From: an uncultured Anaerolineaceae bacterium
GTDB lineage: Bacteria; Chloroflexota; Anaerolineae; Anaerolineales; E44-bin32
Reading direction: 5' to 3'
Length of the DNA stretch: 64,000 bases
Assembly (NCBI GenBank): GCA_964528155.1
Contig: CAZGRL010000001.1
Coordinates: 1,523 to 65,522, forward strand
Shown here: positions 52,917 through 62,123 of the stretch, one piece after another
Position numbering within the stretch: the first letter of the stretch is position 1
Layout: every line of letters starts with the position of its first letter
The notes under the pieces: model-generated
Told to the model about the DNA's origin: nothing
Database searches by the model: none
The model's input: only the letters and a program-made list of their open reading frames with translations
Position numbers and translations under genes: made by a program

Positions 52917-53702
52917 TCAAGCGCGGCGGTAGTAGACGATCATGCCGATTGCGATCAAAACGAGGATCGCCCCCAATACGATCAATCCGGTTACCAGGCT
53001 GATCGGCCCGGGCGCGGGCGGGATCGGTGTGGGTGCAGTCCTGACTGGGCTGAGGGTCAGGATATAGGAGGTCACATCTTCGATCTGCTTCTCGGTCAGC
53101 GGCCCGCCATTGCTATTCCCCCACGCGGGCATGGGCGAACCGCTCACACCATCGCGGATCAAACCGGCGATGTAGACTGCCGGCTGGTTCGCCGGCCATT
53201 CCTTCGCCAACGTCCGGCCGATCCGGCCCTGGCCTTTCTCCCCATGGCACATGACGCAGTTGGCCCGGTAGATGACCGCGCCCGCAGAAGGATCTCCGGC
53301 GATGTCCGGCAGGGGGTGAACAACGGGCGGTTGATACGTCGGCAGAGGTGCCAGCGGCTCGGTCCCGCCGAACGCGCCGATGATGTAGGCGGTGATGTCC
53401 GCGATGTCTTGGTCGGAGAGCGGTCCACCGTTGGCCTGACCCCAGGCGGGCATGACGCTTCCGGGGACCCCCTGGCGGATGGTTTGGCTTATCGTCGCCG
53501 AGACCTCGATCCCGGGGAAGTTATTCAGGCTCGCACCGATCCGCCCCTGCCCGTTCTCACCATGGCAGACGACGCAGTTCTCGACAAACAGTCTTCCGCC
53601 CCTTTCTGGATCAGCCGTCGCACCCTGCGCATAAGCCACTCCGGCGACAAGGACAAGACCGAACGCCACCAATACAGGCAGGGCATAACGCGCGCGCATC
53701 AC
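52917..53702 (-). CDS. Diheme class I c-type cytochrome with C-terminal TM anchor
   Basis: A signal peptide, the heme sites CVVCHGENGQG and CVMCHGEKGQG, two MPAWG axial-Met motifs and a C-terminal TM helix. GGAGGAG lies upstream. Confidence 0.88.
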   Translation of the reverse strand: MMRARYALPVLVAFGLVLVAGVAYAQGATADPERGGRLFVENCVVCHGENGQGRIGASLNNFPGIEVSATISQTIRQGVPGSVMPAWGQANGGPLSDQDIADITAYIIGAFGGTEPLAPLPTYQPPVVHPLPDIAGDPSAGAVIYRANCVMCHGEKGQGRIGRTLAKEWPANQPAVYIAGLIRDGVSGSPMPAWGNSNGGPLTEKQIEDVTSYILTLSPVRTAPTPIPPAPGPISLVTGLIVLGAILVLIAIGMIVYYRRA

Positions 53703-53818
53703 TCTCCTCCAGTTGCCCTCTCGCTGCTATAGCCAGGCGAGGCCGGGCAGTCCGATTCTACTTTCAAGCTCCAGGCAGGGACAGTGACGTTTCTCCCCGG
53801 CCGACAGCTCCAGCAATC

Positions 53819-53850
53819 GGCGCCGCCGCCTCGTGCGAAGCGGCGGCGCC
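53819..53850. repeat. Intercistronic GC hairpin (GGCGCCGCCGC-N10-GCGGCGGCGCC)
   Basis: A perfect 11-bp stem between the two diheme cytochrome genes. No U-tract follows on the transcribed (minus) strand. Confidence 0.7.
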
Positions 53851-53880
53851 GCTTTCATTCCTACACACTGCCTACGGCTT

Positions 53881-54717
53881 TCAGCGGAGTGTTTGCAGGT
53901 ACGCGATCAAGTCCGCCGCATCTTGGATTGTGAGTCGCTCTCCGTAGTTGCCCGGCATGATGTTTGGCTCGTATCCCGGCACCACGAATGCGTTCGGCAT
54001 CACGATTGACTCAAGCAGGTACTGTTCCGCCGAAGTCGCTTTCCCGGTGTACTCGGGCTGTTCGATTCGCATGGCCGCCCGATCTCCAATGCCGGGCGTA
54101 TCGCCGCTCGGAAGCCATGCCGGTCCGGTTGCCGCCAGAATATGACAGCCGACACACCCCAGATTGCCTTCGGTGAGCGCTTTACCTCGATCGGCATCCC
54201 CGGGCGGTAGCGGGACCGTGACATCCGTACCCATAGCGTTCGCCATCGGCGTCGGGGTGGGTCCGGCCGCATCCTGCAGCGCCCTGTCCTGCCAGTTCAT
54301 GATGTAGGCTACGAGCGAGTTGATCTGGTCATCTCGGAGTGGTCCTCCGAAATCCTGTGACCACGTCGGCATTCTCTGAGGATAGTTCGTGCCCTCACTC
54401 GGCACCGGCCGACCCGAGCTTATCGTCGCCCGAACATAGTCTTGCACAGTCCCGGCGAAATCGATCGCCTTCAACCGATCGCCATTGAACAGATCAGCGG
54501 CGTTGATCGCCGGGGCTACGCCCTCAATCCCCTTGCCCTGGGGCCCATGGCACGGGCGGCAGTTGTTCTCGAAAATCAGTGCGCCGGTTTCAATCTGACG
54601 AGCGTCATAGGACGTCGTGAAGTTGGCCATGCGCCGGGGCTCCCCGACGCCGACAACCGCCAGGACAATGATCGTCGCCGCAACGGCCAGCGCTCCAAGG
54701 GCAATCTGCCACTTCAT
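53881..54717 (-). CDS. Diheme c-type cytochrome with N-terminal TM anchor
   Basis: An N-terminal TM helix, the heme sites CRPCHGPQGKG and CVGCH, and MPTW/MPGN Met motifs. It begins 3 nt after the cytochrome b gene. Confidence 0.88.
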   Translation of the reverse strand: MKWQIALGALAVAATIIVLAVVGVGEPRRMANFTTSYDARQIETGALIFENNCRPCHGPQGKGIEGVAPAINAADLFNGDRLKAIDFAGTVQDYVRATISSGRPVPSEGTNYPQRMPTWSQDFGGPLRDDQINSLVAYIMNWQDRALQDAAGPTPTPMANAMGTDVTVPLPPGDADRGKALTEGNLGCVGCHILAATGPAWLPSGDTPGIGDRAAMRIEQPEYTGKATSAEQYLLESIVMPNAFVVPGYEPNIMPGNYGERLTIQDAADLIAYLQTLR

Positions 54718-54720
54718 GGA

Positions 54721-56310
54721 TTACTCTCCCTGCCCGTAGTTGCTGTCGCGATGAAGGAATGCCGTTTGGCTGAACTCATGAGGCTGCGCCGTCGCCGTAT
54801 CGGTCCAGACAACTCTGAGTGTGACCTTCTTCAAGTTCGTCTGCCAGTCCTCCACAACCATAATGCCTTGGACATCCTGGCGGTCGGAGCCTTGAACCAG
54901 ATTGATCTCGTCGTCGAAGGTGTGCAGTAGATCACGCATCGCCGGGGTGGGGGCTTGCTGCCAATCGGAGGCCTGATAGCTGCCGAAGATAAGCTGCCCC
55001 CATGGCGCCAACCGCAAAGGCCCCGGATGGGTCTGTGGCAGGAGGGCGGCCACGGCCTCCTGATCCGGCGAAGTCGGCACAGCATAGTGAGGCGTGCCCA
55101 TGTAGGAGAGCACTGCCAGCGCGATCACGGAAAGCGCCCCGGCCGAGAGTCCGATCCTGCGATCGCCATAGCGTCGGCTTGGGCCGACCTCCAGGTAGGG
55201 CAAGGCGATCAGCAGGCCGACGATGACCGTCGGGATGATGACGCCGAACATGACCTTGTCACCCAGCTTAAGCAGCCCTTGCAGCCATAAGAAATACCAG
55301 GGGGCCGTCGTATGTAGCGGCGTGACAAGAGGGTTCGCGTGCGGCTCGAGCGGTGCATGGAACACGAAGGCCGAGTAGGCGACAAGCAGAAATGTCAAAC
55401 CGCAAACGTACCAAAGCTCGCGCGTCAGTATCGTCGGCATGAAGTAGGTCCGTGTATCCATGGGAACCTTGCGCGCCGTATCTTCGCCGACGTTCTCCAC
55501 CCCGGGCGGCAGGCTGTGTCCGTGGATGATGACTTTGTAGTAGTGCACACCCAGCGCCAGGATCCCGCCCAGAGGGAGCGCGATGACGTGCAACAGGTAG
55601 AACCTCAGCAATCCGCCCGCCCCAAATTCCGGCGCCCCGCGCACGATCAGGTTCAGGTTGCGTCCGACGATCTCCGGCGGCGCGGCTTCAGCCATCGAAG
55701 CCCCGATGGTCACGGCCCACAGGCTGAGCTGATCCCAAGGCAGCAGATATCCCGAGAAAGAAAGAAATAAGGTCACACCAAGCAAGACGACCCCGGTCGC
55801 CCAGGTGAACTGACGTGGGAACTTGTATGACCCGGTGATGAACGTCCGCAGCATGTGCAGCGCCACGACGACCACCATCACCTCGGCGCCGAGCTTGTGC
55901 ATATCGCGCATCAAGCGACCGAAGGGGACATTGCTCAATATGTTGAGCATGTTGTCGTAGGCGACGAGCGGTGATGGGGTGTAGTAGATCATCAAGAACA
56001 CGCCGGTGATGATCTCGAATGCAAAGGCGTAGACGGAGAGCCAGCCCAGTCGGAAGGTCGGGTACAGACCGTCGACCAGGTTGTGATAATAGGTCGGCTT
56101 CATGTGCAGCCAGAAGCCCTCGGAATGGGGCTTGAGGCGCGGGTTCGGCCGTCCCGGAGGATCGTCGCGCAGCACACCCCTGACGTCGCTGATGTTCAGG
56201 CCGGCCGTCACGCGCGTGACGAGGTCATCGGCCTTCTCGCGCAGGGCGGGCCTCAGGCCTTTGGATTTCACCTCATCGAGAATGGGGATGTGGACACGGA
56301 ACAAGGCCAT
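54721..56310 (-). CDS. Full-length cytochrome b (b6 plus subunit IV fused) with ~130 aa soluble C-terminal extension
   Basis: The motifs GVFLMIYYTPSP, MRDMHKLGAEVMVV, YLLPWDQLSLWAVT and APWYFLWLQGLL are present. Additional TM helices and a non-membrane tail (…DWQTNLKKVTLRVVWTD…) follow. Confidence 0.9.
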   Translation of the reverse strand: MALFRVHIPILDEVKSKGLRPALREKADDLVTRVTAGLNISDVRGVLRDDPPGRPNPRLKPHSEGFWLHMKPTYYHNLVDGLYPTFRLGWLSVYAFAFEIITGVFLMIYYTPSPLVAYDNMLNILSNVPFGRLMRDMHKLGAEVMVVVVALHMLRTFITGSYKFPRQFTWATGVVLLGVTLFLSFSGYLLPWDQLSLWAVTIGASMAEAAPPEIVGRNLNLIVRGAPEFGAGGLLRFYLLHVIALPLGGILALGVHYYKVIIHGHSLPPGVENVGEDTARKVPMDTRTYFMPTILTRELWYVCGLTFLLVAYSAFVFHAPLEPHANPLVTPLHTTAPWYFLWLQGLLKLGDKVMFGVIIPTVIVGLLIALPYLEVGPSRRYGDRRIGLSAGALSVIALAVLSYMGTPHYAVPTSPDQEAVAALLPQTHPGPLRLAPWGQLIFGSYQASDWQQAPTPAMRDLLHTFDDEINLVQGSDRQDVQGIMVVEDWQTNLKKVTLRVVWTDTATAQPHEFSQTAFLHRDSNYGQGE

Positions 56311-56325
56311 CTTATCCTCCTCGGG

Positions 56326-56961
56326 TCACATCCCGCCGCCGGGCTTGGAGTTCGGCGCGCCCCGGATCAGGCGCCCGGTGTCGATCTTCAGACTCACCGT
56401 CCCGGATGGTGGCCCGACTGCCGTCCCTTCATTGCTGTTCATCTGCGGCTCCGTTCTGCCCAGGACGTTGCCGGAGCCATCTATCGCCTCGATGATAAAC
56501 AGGTCCAGATTTCGGCGGGCTGGCCCGTCAACCCGGGTGCCGGACTTGAGGTACTTCGAGCCATGACACGGGCATTCGAAGCGATCGTTCGTGTCGACCC
56601 ACTTGTACAGGCAACCCAGGTGAACACAGACTTTGTACAGGGCTTTCACGCCCGCCTCTTCGGGATAGTCGGACGGCTGACGAGGGTCAGCGAGCGTCTG
56701 CGAGCCGATATTGACCAGCCAGAAGCGACCGGCGGGGAATTCTTGCGGAGGTGTGTCGGGGGGCGGGATCTGATCCACCGGTATGGTGAACACCCCGCCG
56801 AATTCCCCTTCGCGGAAGCGAGGTAGCGCGAACCATACCGTCGCCCCTCCCGACCCGGCCAGAAAAACCGCTATGGAGATCCCCCACAGATAGTAAAGGA
56901 ACTCCCGCCGAGTCAGCGGCAAGCTCGCCCCCTGCTCGGCCGGCGCGACCGCTTCGCTCAT
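56326..56961 (-). CDS. Rieske [2Fe-2S] subunit (second bc-type complex)
   Basis: RREFL plus a TM helix, and the motifs CVHLGCLYKW and CPCHGSKY. Confidence 0.92.
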   Translation of the reverse strand: MSEAVAPAEQGASLPLTRREFLYYLWGISIAVFLAGSGGATVWFALPRFREGEFGGVFTIPVDQIPPPDTPPQEFPAGRFWLVNIGSQTLADPRQPSDYPEEAGVKALYKVCVHLGCLYKWVDTNDRFECPCHGSKYLKSGTRVDGPARRNLDLFIIEAIDGSGNVLGRTEPQMNSNEGTAVGPPSGTVSLKIDTGRLIRGAPNSKPGGGM

Positions 56962-57201
56962 CTACAATCTCCTATGCTGCAGTCAAGGTTCGGGCATTGC
57001 CTGCTCCGACATGCCGAGACAGGCAGGTAGATCCTTTGGCGAACGTCCTCGATTGAGGCATCGGAGTGGTCAGCCTTCTCCCGTGCATCCGTCGCGCAAG
57101 GGGGTCGAGATCGGCGCACGGACAGAGACAGTCCCGCTGATGTCCAGGGCCCTTCGAGGCATAGCTCCCGACGGCAGGTCAGCTTCGCCGGGAAACGATT
57201 A

Positions 57202-57230
57202 TTACTAACATATCTCATCAATGATGTCAA
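57202..57230 (-). promoter_or_regulatory. Near-consensus sigma-70 promoter (TTGACA-N17-TAGTAA) facing the Rieske/cytochrome b operon
   Basis: On the minus strand the -35 TTGACA is at 57230-57225 and the -10 TAGTAA at 57207-57202. It lies in the only AT-rich patch of the spacer, ~240 nt upstream of the Rieske start. Confidence 0.5.
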
Positions 57231-57518
57231 TTTACCGGGGTTGTCGGCCAGCAAAGTCTATCCGGCGACACGCTGCACGCCACGCCGAAGGTCTGGTCGT
57301 CTTGGGGTTGTCGGCCAGCGGGACGGGGTGATGATTGCGGCTCGCCTGGAAGGTCTCCGCCCACCGATCAGCTTGTTCCTCGCAGGCGGGTAGGTGACTT
57401 GCCATGGTCGGGGTCGGGCGGATTCGACGTTCGCGTGCGGCGGCCAGCGTGAAGCTGGGCCACACCGTCAATGCATCCGAGGTGAAGCTCCGCACTCCCC
57501 ACAGGTATAATTGCCCGC

Positions 57519-58649
57519 ATGAGCCTGCCATCTTTGCCCCCACCGGTCCTGATCCAGGAGCTACCCGAGCTTGAGTGCCTAGCCGCCAGCATCGGCGGTC
57601 AGCGACGCATCGCCGTCGACACGGAGTCGAACAGCCTATATGCCTACCGCGAGCGCGTCTGCCTGATTCAGTTTTCCACAAAGAGCTCCGACTACCTCAT
57701 CGATCCTCTGGCTATTCCCGACCTGAGTTGTCTGGCCCCGATCTTCGCTGATCCGAAGATCGAAAAGGTATTCCACGCCGCCGAATACGATGTGCTGTGC
57801 CTCAAACGTGATTTCGGCTTCAAGATGAGCAACCTCTTCGACACTCGTATCGCCAGCCGCACACTGGGACGGAAGCGATCGGGCCTGGGAGACATCCTTG
57901 CCGAGGAATTCCAGGTGGAGATCAACAAACGTTACCAGCGGGCGAATTGGGGGAAAAGGCCGTTGAGCCCCGACCTCCTGGGCTACGCCCGTTTGGACAC
58001 ACACTTCCTGCTCCCGCTGCGCGACCGTCTGGCCAAGGCCTTGCGCTCTGCCGGGCGATGGGAGGAAGCGCGCGAGGCAAGTGAGGCGGTGAAACTCGTC
58101 GAACCCGAGTCGGCGAACTTCGACCCGCAGGGATTCTGGCGCATCGCCCACGCACGCCAGATGAAGCCGGAGCAGGCGGCGATCCTGCGTCAACTCTACT
58201 TGTTGCGGGAGAAGTACGCCCGCCGCCTGGATCGCCCACCCTTCAAGGTCCTAGGGGACAAGACACTCTTCGCCATCGCCCAGGAGATGCCCCGATCGTT
58301 GGAGGCCCTGGGCAAGCTCCCCGGCATGACCTCGGGACAGCTTCGCCGCTACGGTAAGGACGTACTCGAAGCCATCAAACGCGGCCGCAATGGACCGCGC
58401 CCAAAGCCACCCTCGAATGCGCGCGTCGAGGAAGTCGTCATGTCTCGGTATCAGACACTGCGCGAATGGCGCATGCGCGTGGCCAGGACACGCCAGGTCG
58501 AGTCCGACATCGTGCTACCGCGTGATCTTGTATGGGATATCGCCCATCGAGCCCCGCGCGACCGCAAGGCGCTCAAGGAGTTGATGGAGCCCTATGAATG
58601 GCGGTTCCGGATGTACGCCGACGACATCCTTCATCTACTCTGGACCTGA
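57519..58649 (+). CDS. rnd: Ribonuclease D (DEDD 3'-5' exonuclease plus HRDC)
   Basis: The motifs IAVDTESNSLYAYRERVCLIQ, HAAEYDV and YARLDTHFLLPL are present, followed by an HRDC-like C-terminus. Confidence 0.88.
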   Translation: MSLPSLPPPVLIQELPELECLAASIGGQRRIAVDTESNSLYAYRERVCLIQFSTKSSDYLIDPLAIPDLSCLAPIFADPKIEKVFHAAEYDVLCLKRDFGFKMSNLFDTRIASRTLGRKRSGLGDILAEEFQVEINKRYQRANWGKRPLSPDLLGYARLDTHFLLPLRDRLAKALRSAGRWEEAREASEAVKLVEPESANFDPQGFWRIAHARQMKPEQAAILRQLYLLREKYARRLDRPPFKVLGDKTLFAIAQEMPRSLEALGKLPGMTSGQLRRYGKDVLEAIKRGRNGPRPKPPSNARVEEVVMSRYQTLREWRMRVARTRQVESDIVLPRDLVWDIAHRAPRDRKALKELMEPYEWRFRMYADDILHLLWT

Positions 58650-58673
58650 AAGCCGGTTATTCGGGATGAATCC

Positions 58674-60071
58674 ATGAAAATCTGGTTTCACGGTGCCGCC
58701 CAAACGGTGACCGGGTCGCGCCATCTGCTCGGGATCAACAGGCATCGGCTGCTCCTCGATTGCGGGCTGTACCAAGGCCATCGTCACGACACATACGAGC
58801 GCAATCTCAACTTCCCTTTTGAGCCTGCCTCGGTCGACGCGGTGATCCTCTCGCACGCCCACATCGATCATTGCGGCAATCTGCCCAACCTCGTGCGCCA
58901 GGGATACAAGGGGCCCATCCACGCCACTCACGCCACCTCCGACCTGGCCGGGATCATGATGCGCGACGCCGGGCACATCCAAGAGGCGGACACTGCCTAC
59001 CTCAACAAGAAACTCAAGCGGCGGGGCGAGCCGCTGGTCGACCCGATCTACACCGGAGCCGACGCCGCAGCCGCAGCCCGCTATCTCACCAGCCATGACT
59101 ACGATCAGCCTTTCGAGCCGGTCCCCGGCGTCTCGGCGGTGCTGGTCGACGCCGGTCACATTCTCGGCTCGGCGGGTGTAGTGCTGGACGTCCAGGAGCG
59201 CGGCCGATCGCTTCGTTTGATGTTCTCGGGCGACATCGGCAGGCCGGGGATGCCCCTGGTGCGCGATCCGATCCTGCCGAATGAGGTCGACTACTTGATC
59301 ATGGAGTGCACCTACGGCGACCGCACGCATGATGCGCCTGCCCAGGCCTATATCGCCCTACACGATCTCGTCGGGCGCACGATCGACCGTGGCGGCAAGG
59401 TGATCATCCCCGCCTTCGCCGTCGGCCGCACCCAGGCTCTGGTCTACTACCTGCATCAGATGTTCGAGCGCGGCGAGCTCCCGCGCGTCCCGGTGTACGT
59501 CGACAGCCCGCTGGCCATCAACGTCACGGCCATCTTTCGCGAGCACCCCGAGTGCTTCGACTCTGAGACACACGCATTCATGCAAGCCGATCCGCATGGC
59601 GCTGCTCTGGGGTTCGATATGCTGACCTACACGCTCTCGGTCAACGACTCGAAGGCGATCAACGAACGGCCCGGACCAATGGTCATCATCTCAGCCTCGG
59701 GGATGGCGGAGACCGGACGCATTCTGCATCATCTGCGCAACAACATTGAAGACGAACGCAACTGTATCCTGATCACCTCATGGATGGCACCTCACACCCT
59801 GGGACGGCGCCTGGCCGAGGGCGAGAAACAAGTGCGCATCTTCGGAGAAGGTTTCAACGTCCGCGCCGAAGTCGGCACGATCGACGGATTGTCCTCGCAC
59901 GCCGACAGCGATTATCTGTTGACCTACGCGCAGCGGGCCGGGGGAAGACTGAAGGGAATCTTCCTCGTCCATGGTGAAGCCGGACCGGCTGAAGCGCTGA
60001 TGACGCATATGAAAGAAGCCGACCTGCCTCCGGTTTCATTCCCGGCGCTGGGTGACGAAGTCGAAATCTGA
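58674..60071 (+). CDS. MBL-fold beta-CASP family RNA-metabolising hydrolase
   Basis: The motif ILSHAHIDHCGNLP (HxHxDH) is present, with beta-CASP motifs later (ECTYGD, GLSSHAD, VHGE). 465 aa. Confidence 0.85.
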   Translation: MKIWFHGAAQTVTGSRHLLGINRHRLLLDCGLYQGHRHDTYERNLNFPFEPASVDAVILSHAHIDHCGNLPNLVRQGYKGPIHATHATSDLAGIMMRDAGHIQEADTAYLNKKLKRRGEPLVDPIYTGADAAAAARYLTSHDYDQPFEPVPGVSAVLVDAGHILGSAGVVLDVQERGRSLRLMFSGDIGRPGMPLVRDPILPNEVDYLIMECTYGDRTHDAPAQAYIALHDLVGRTIDRGGKVIIPAFAVGRTQALVYYLHQMFERGELPRVPVYVDSPLAINVTAIFREHPECFDSETHAFMQADPHGAALGFDMLTYTLSVNDSKAINERPGPMVIISASGMAETGRILHHLRNNIEDERNCILITSWMAPHTLGRRLAEGEKQVRIFGEGFNVRAEVGTIDGLSSHADSDYLLTYAQRAGGRLKGIFLVHGEAGPAEALMTHMKEADLPPVSFPALGDEVEI

Positions 60072-60168
60072 TATAGTAGGAATCCATCCGGCATACAGGG
60101 CGCATGAGTTCGGTTTGTCCGTGTGAACGGCGCCCTTCAAGCTCAAGCCACAAATGCTCGGAAATCAT

Positions 60169-60256
60169 GGAGAGGTGCCGGAGTGGTTGAACGGGGCGGT
60201 CTCGAAAACCGTTGTGGTCCTTTGGGCCACCGTGGGTTCGAATCCCACCCTCTCCG
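60169..60256 (+). tRNA. tRNA-Ser (anticodon CGA)
   Basis: Folded by hand. The acceptor stem is GGAGAGG/CCTCTCC with discriminator G. The anticodon arm is GCGGT-CTCGAAA-ACCGT, placing CGA at positions 34-36. It has a long variable arm and a GGGTTCGAATCCC T-arm, and no encoded CCA. Confidence 0.9.
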
Positions 60257-60554
60257 CTGAATTGCGATAGATCGGCCTTGATCTTCGTGACCGGCCGCCG
60301 AGGTGGACAAGGCTACAGGTCGGCCAAGGCCACTCCATATTGACTCGACACGATCCCCCCCGTCCGCCGGTGCTCTGAAGAGCGCCGACTCTTCTTTCGC
60401 TCGTCGAACGGTCACAGCCCTGAGTTGCTCTCACAAGTTGGCATGAGTCCGCCAAATCCGCTTGACCCGGCTTTGGGAGTAAGATACCGACCAGGACCAA
60501 GAACGGACGATCAGGAATTCCTGACCTGAGATTCATGGAGAAAGAGAAACAGAA

Positions 60555-62009
60555 ATGACATCGACCGCAGACATCGGCCTCATCGGTCTGGCCGTAATGG
60601 GCCAGAATCTGGCGCTCAACATGGACGATCACGGCTTCACCGTGGCCGTCTTCAATCGCACCGTAGCCAAAGTCGATCGGTTCCTGGCCAACGAGGCCAA
60701 GGGGACGAAGATCCTCCCCACGCATTCCATGGAGGAACTTGTTGGCACACTGAAAAAGCCACGCCGGGTGATGCTGATGGTCAAGGCCGGTCCGCCGGTG
60801 GACGGGATGATCGAGAAATTGACTCCGCTGATGGAGCCCGGCGACATCATCATCGACGGCGGGAATTCACACTACCCCGACAGTACCCGCCGCACGAAGG
60901 AGCTCGCCGAGAAAGGATTGCTCTTCATCGGAACCGGAGTGTCCGGCGGCGAAATCGGCGCCCGCTTCGGCCCGTCGATCATGCCCGGTGGCTCGCCTGA
61001 GGCCTGGCCTCACGTCAAGTCCATCTTCCAGGCGATCGCCGCCAAGGTGGCCGACGGCTCACCCTGCTGTGATTGGGTCGGCGAAGAGGGAGCCGGACAC
61101 TTCGTCAAGATGGTCCACAACGGCATCGAATACGGTGACATGCAGCTTGTGTGCGAGGCCTACGACATGATGCGGCATGGACTGGGCATGCCCCTGGAGG
61201 ACATCGCCGACGTCTTCTCCAGATGGAACGCCGGCCGACTCAATTCGTACCTGGTCGAAATCACGGCCGACATCTTGAGGCACAAGGATGAAGACGGAGC
61301 GCCGCTCCTGGACAAGATCCTGGACACCGCCGGCCAAAAGGGAACAGGGAAGTGGGCCGCCTCCGCCGCGCTGGAAAACAGCATCCCCCTGACGCTCATC
61401 GGTGAGGCCGTTTTCGCCCGCGATCTCTCTGCCCTGAAAGCTGAGCGAGTGGCGGCCTCGGCCGAGCTCGGCTCGCCCACCACCGCCTTCGAAGGAGACG
61501 CGCCGGCCTTCATTGATGATTTGGAAAGCGCGCTCTATTCGTCGAAGATCGTCTCGTACACTCAGGGTTACATGCTCATGCGAGCCGTCTCACAGGAGCT
61601 GGGCTGGAACCTGGCGTACGGCAACATCGCGCTGATGTGGCGCGGCGGCTGTATCATCCGGGCGGCGTTCCTGGACGATATCAAGGCCGCCTTCGATCGG
61701 CAGCCCGACCTGGTCAATCTGCTTCTCGATCCATCCTTCAGATCGAAAGTGGCAGAAGGCGAGGACGGGTGGCGGCGAGTCGTCGCGGCCGCCGTCACGC
61801 GGGGGCTTCCGGTACCGGCGATGTCGACCGCGTTGGCTTTTTATGACGGCTATCGCCGTGAGCGCCTGCCGGCGAACCTGCTTCAGGCACTAAGAGACTA
61901 CTTCGGCGCGCACACCTACGAGCGCGTCGACAGACCACGCGGCGAGTTCTTCCACACCAACTGGACCGGAGAGGGAGGCGATGTCACGGCGGGTTCGTAC
62001 AATGCGTGA
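60555..62009 (+). CDS. gnd: 6-phosphogluconate dehydrogenase, decarboxylating
   Basis: The motifs IGLIGLAVMGQNLALN, MVHNGIEYGDMQL and GTGKW are present. 484 aa. Confidence 0.93.
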   Translation: MTSTADIGLIGLAVMGQNLALNMDDHGFTVAVFNRTVAKVDRFLANEAKGTKILPTHSMEELVGTLKKPRRVMLMVKAGPPVDGMIEKLTPLMEPGDIIIDGGNSHYPDSTRRTKELAEKGLLFIGTGVSGGEIGARFGPSIMPGGSPEAWPHVKSIFQAIAAKVADGSPCCDWVGEEGAGHFVKMVHNGIEYGDMQLVCEAYDMMRHGLGMPLEDIADVFSRWNAGRLNSYLVEITADILRHKDEDGAPLLDKILDTAGQKGTGKWAASAALENSIPLTLIGEAVFARDLSALKAERVAASAELGSPTTAFEGDAPAFIDDLESALYSSKIVSYTQGYMLMRAVSQELGWNLAYGNIALMWRGGCIIRAAFLDDIKAAFDRQPDLVNLLLDPSFRSKVAEGEDGWRRVVAAAVTRGLPVPAMSTALAFYDGYRRERLPANLLQALRDYFGAHTYERVDRPRGEFFHTNWTGEGGDVTAGSYNA

Positions 62010-62057
62010 GACTGCCCTTCCAAATCTCCGGCGGACGTTTGGCAGTCAGTGAAATCA

Positions 62058-62087
62058 AATGGCGGTGGGCCTTTGCCCACCGCCATT
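62058..62087. terminator. Bidirectional terminator hairpin (AATGGCGGTGGGC-cttt-GCCCACCGCCATT)
   Basis: A 13-bp perfect stem between convergent genes. T-rich sequence follows on the minus strand (TTGATTTCAC), and weaker T-content follows on the plus strand. Confidence 0.7.
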
Positions 62088-62123
62088 CGCTTGCCTTGTC
62101 CTCTTCGCGCACTAAGGATCTCG

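Noticed and set aside
60169-60560. tRNA-Ser as an integration site for a genomic island
   Set aside because: There is no integrase and no direct repeat of the tRNA 3' end downstream that I could find. The flanking genes (a beta-CASP RNase and gnd) are housekeeping.
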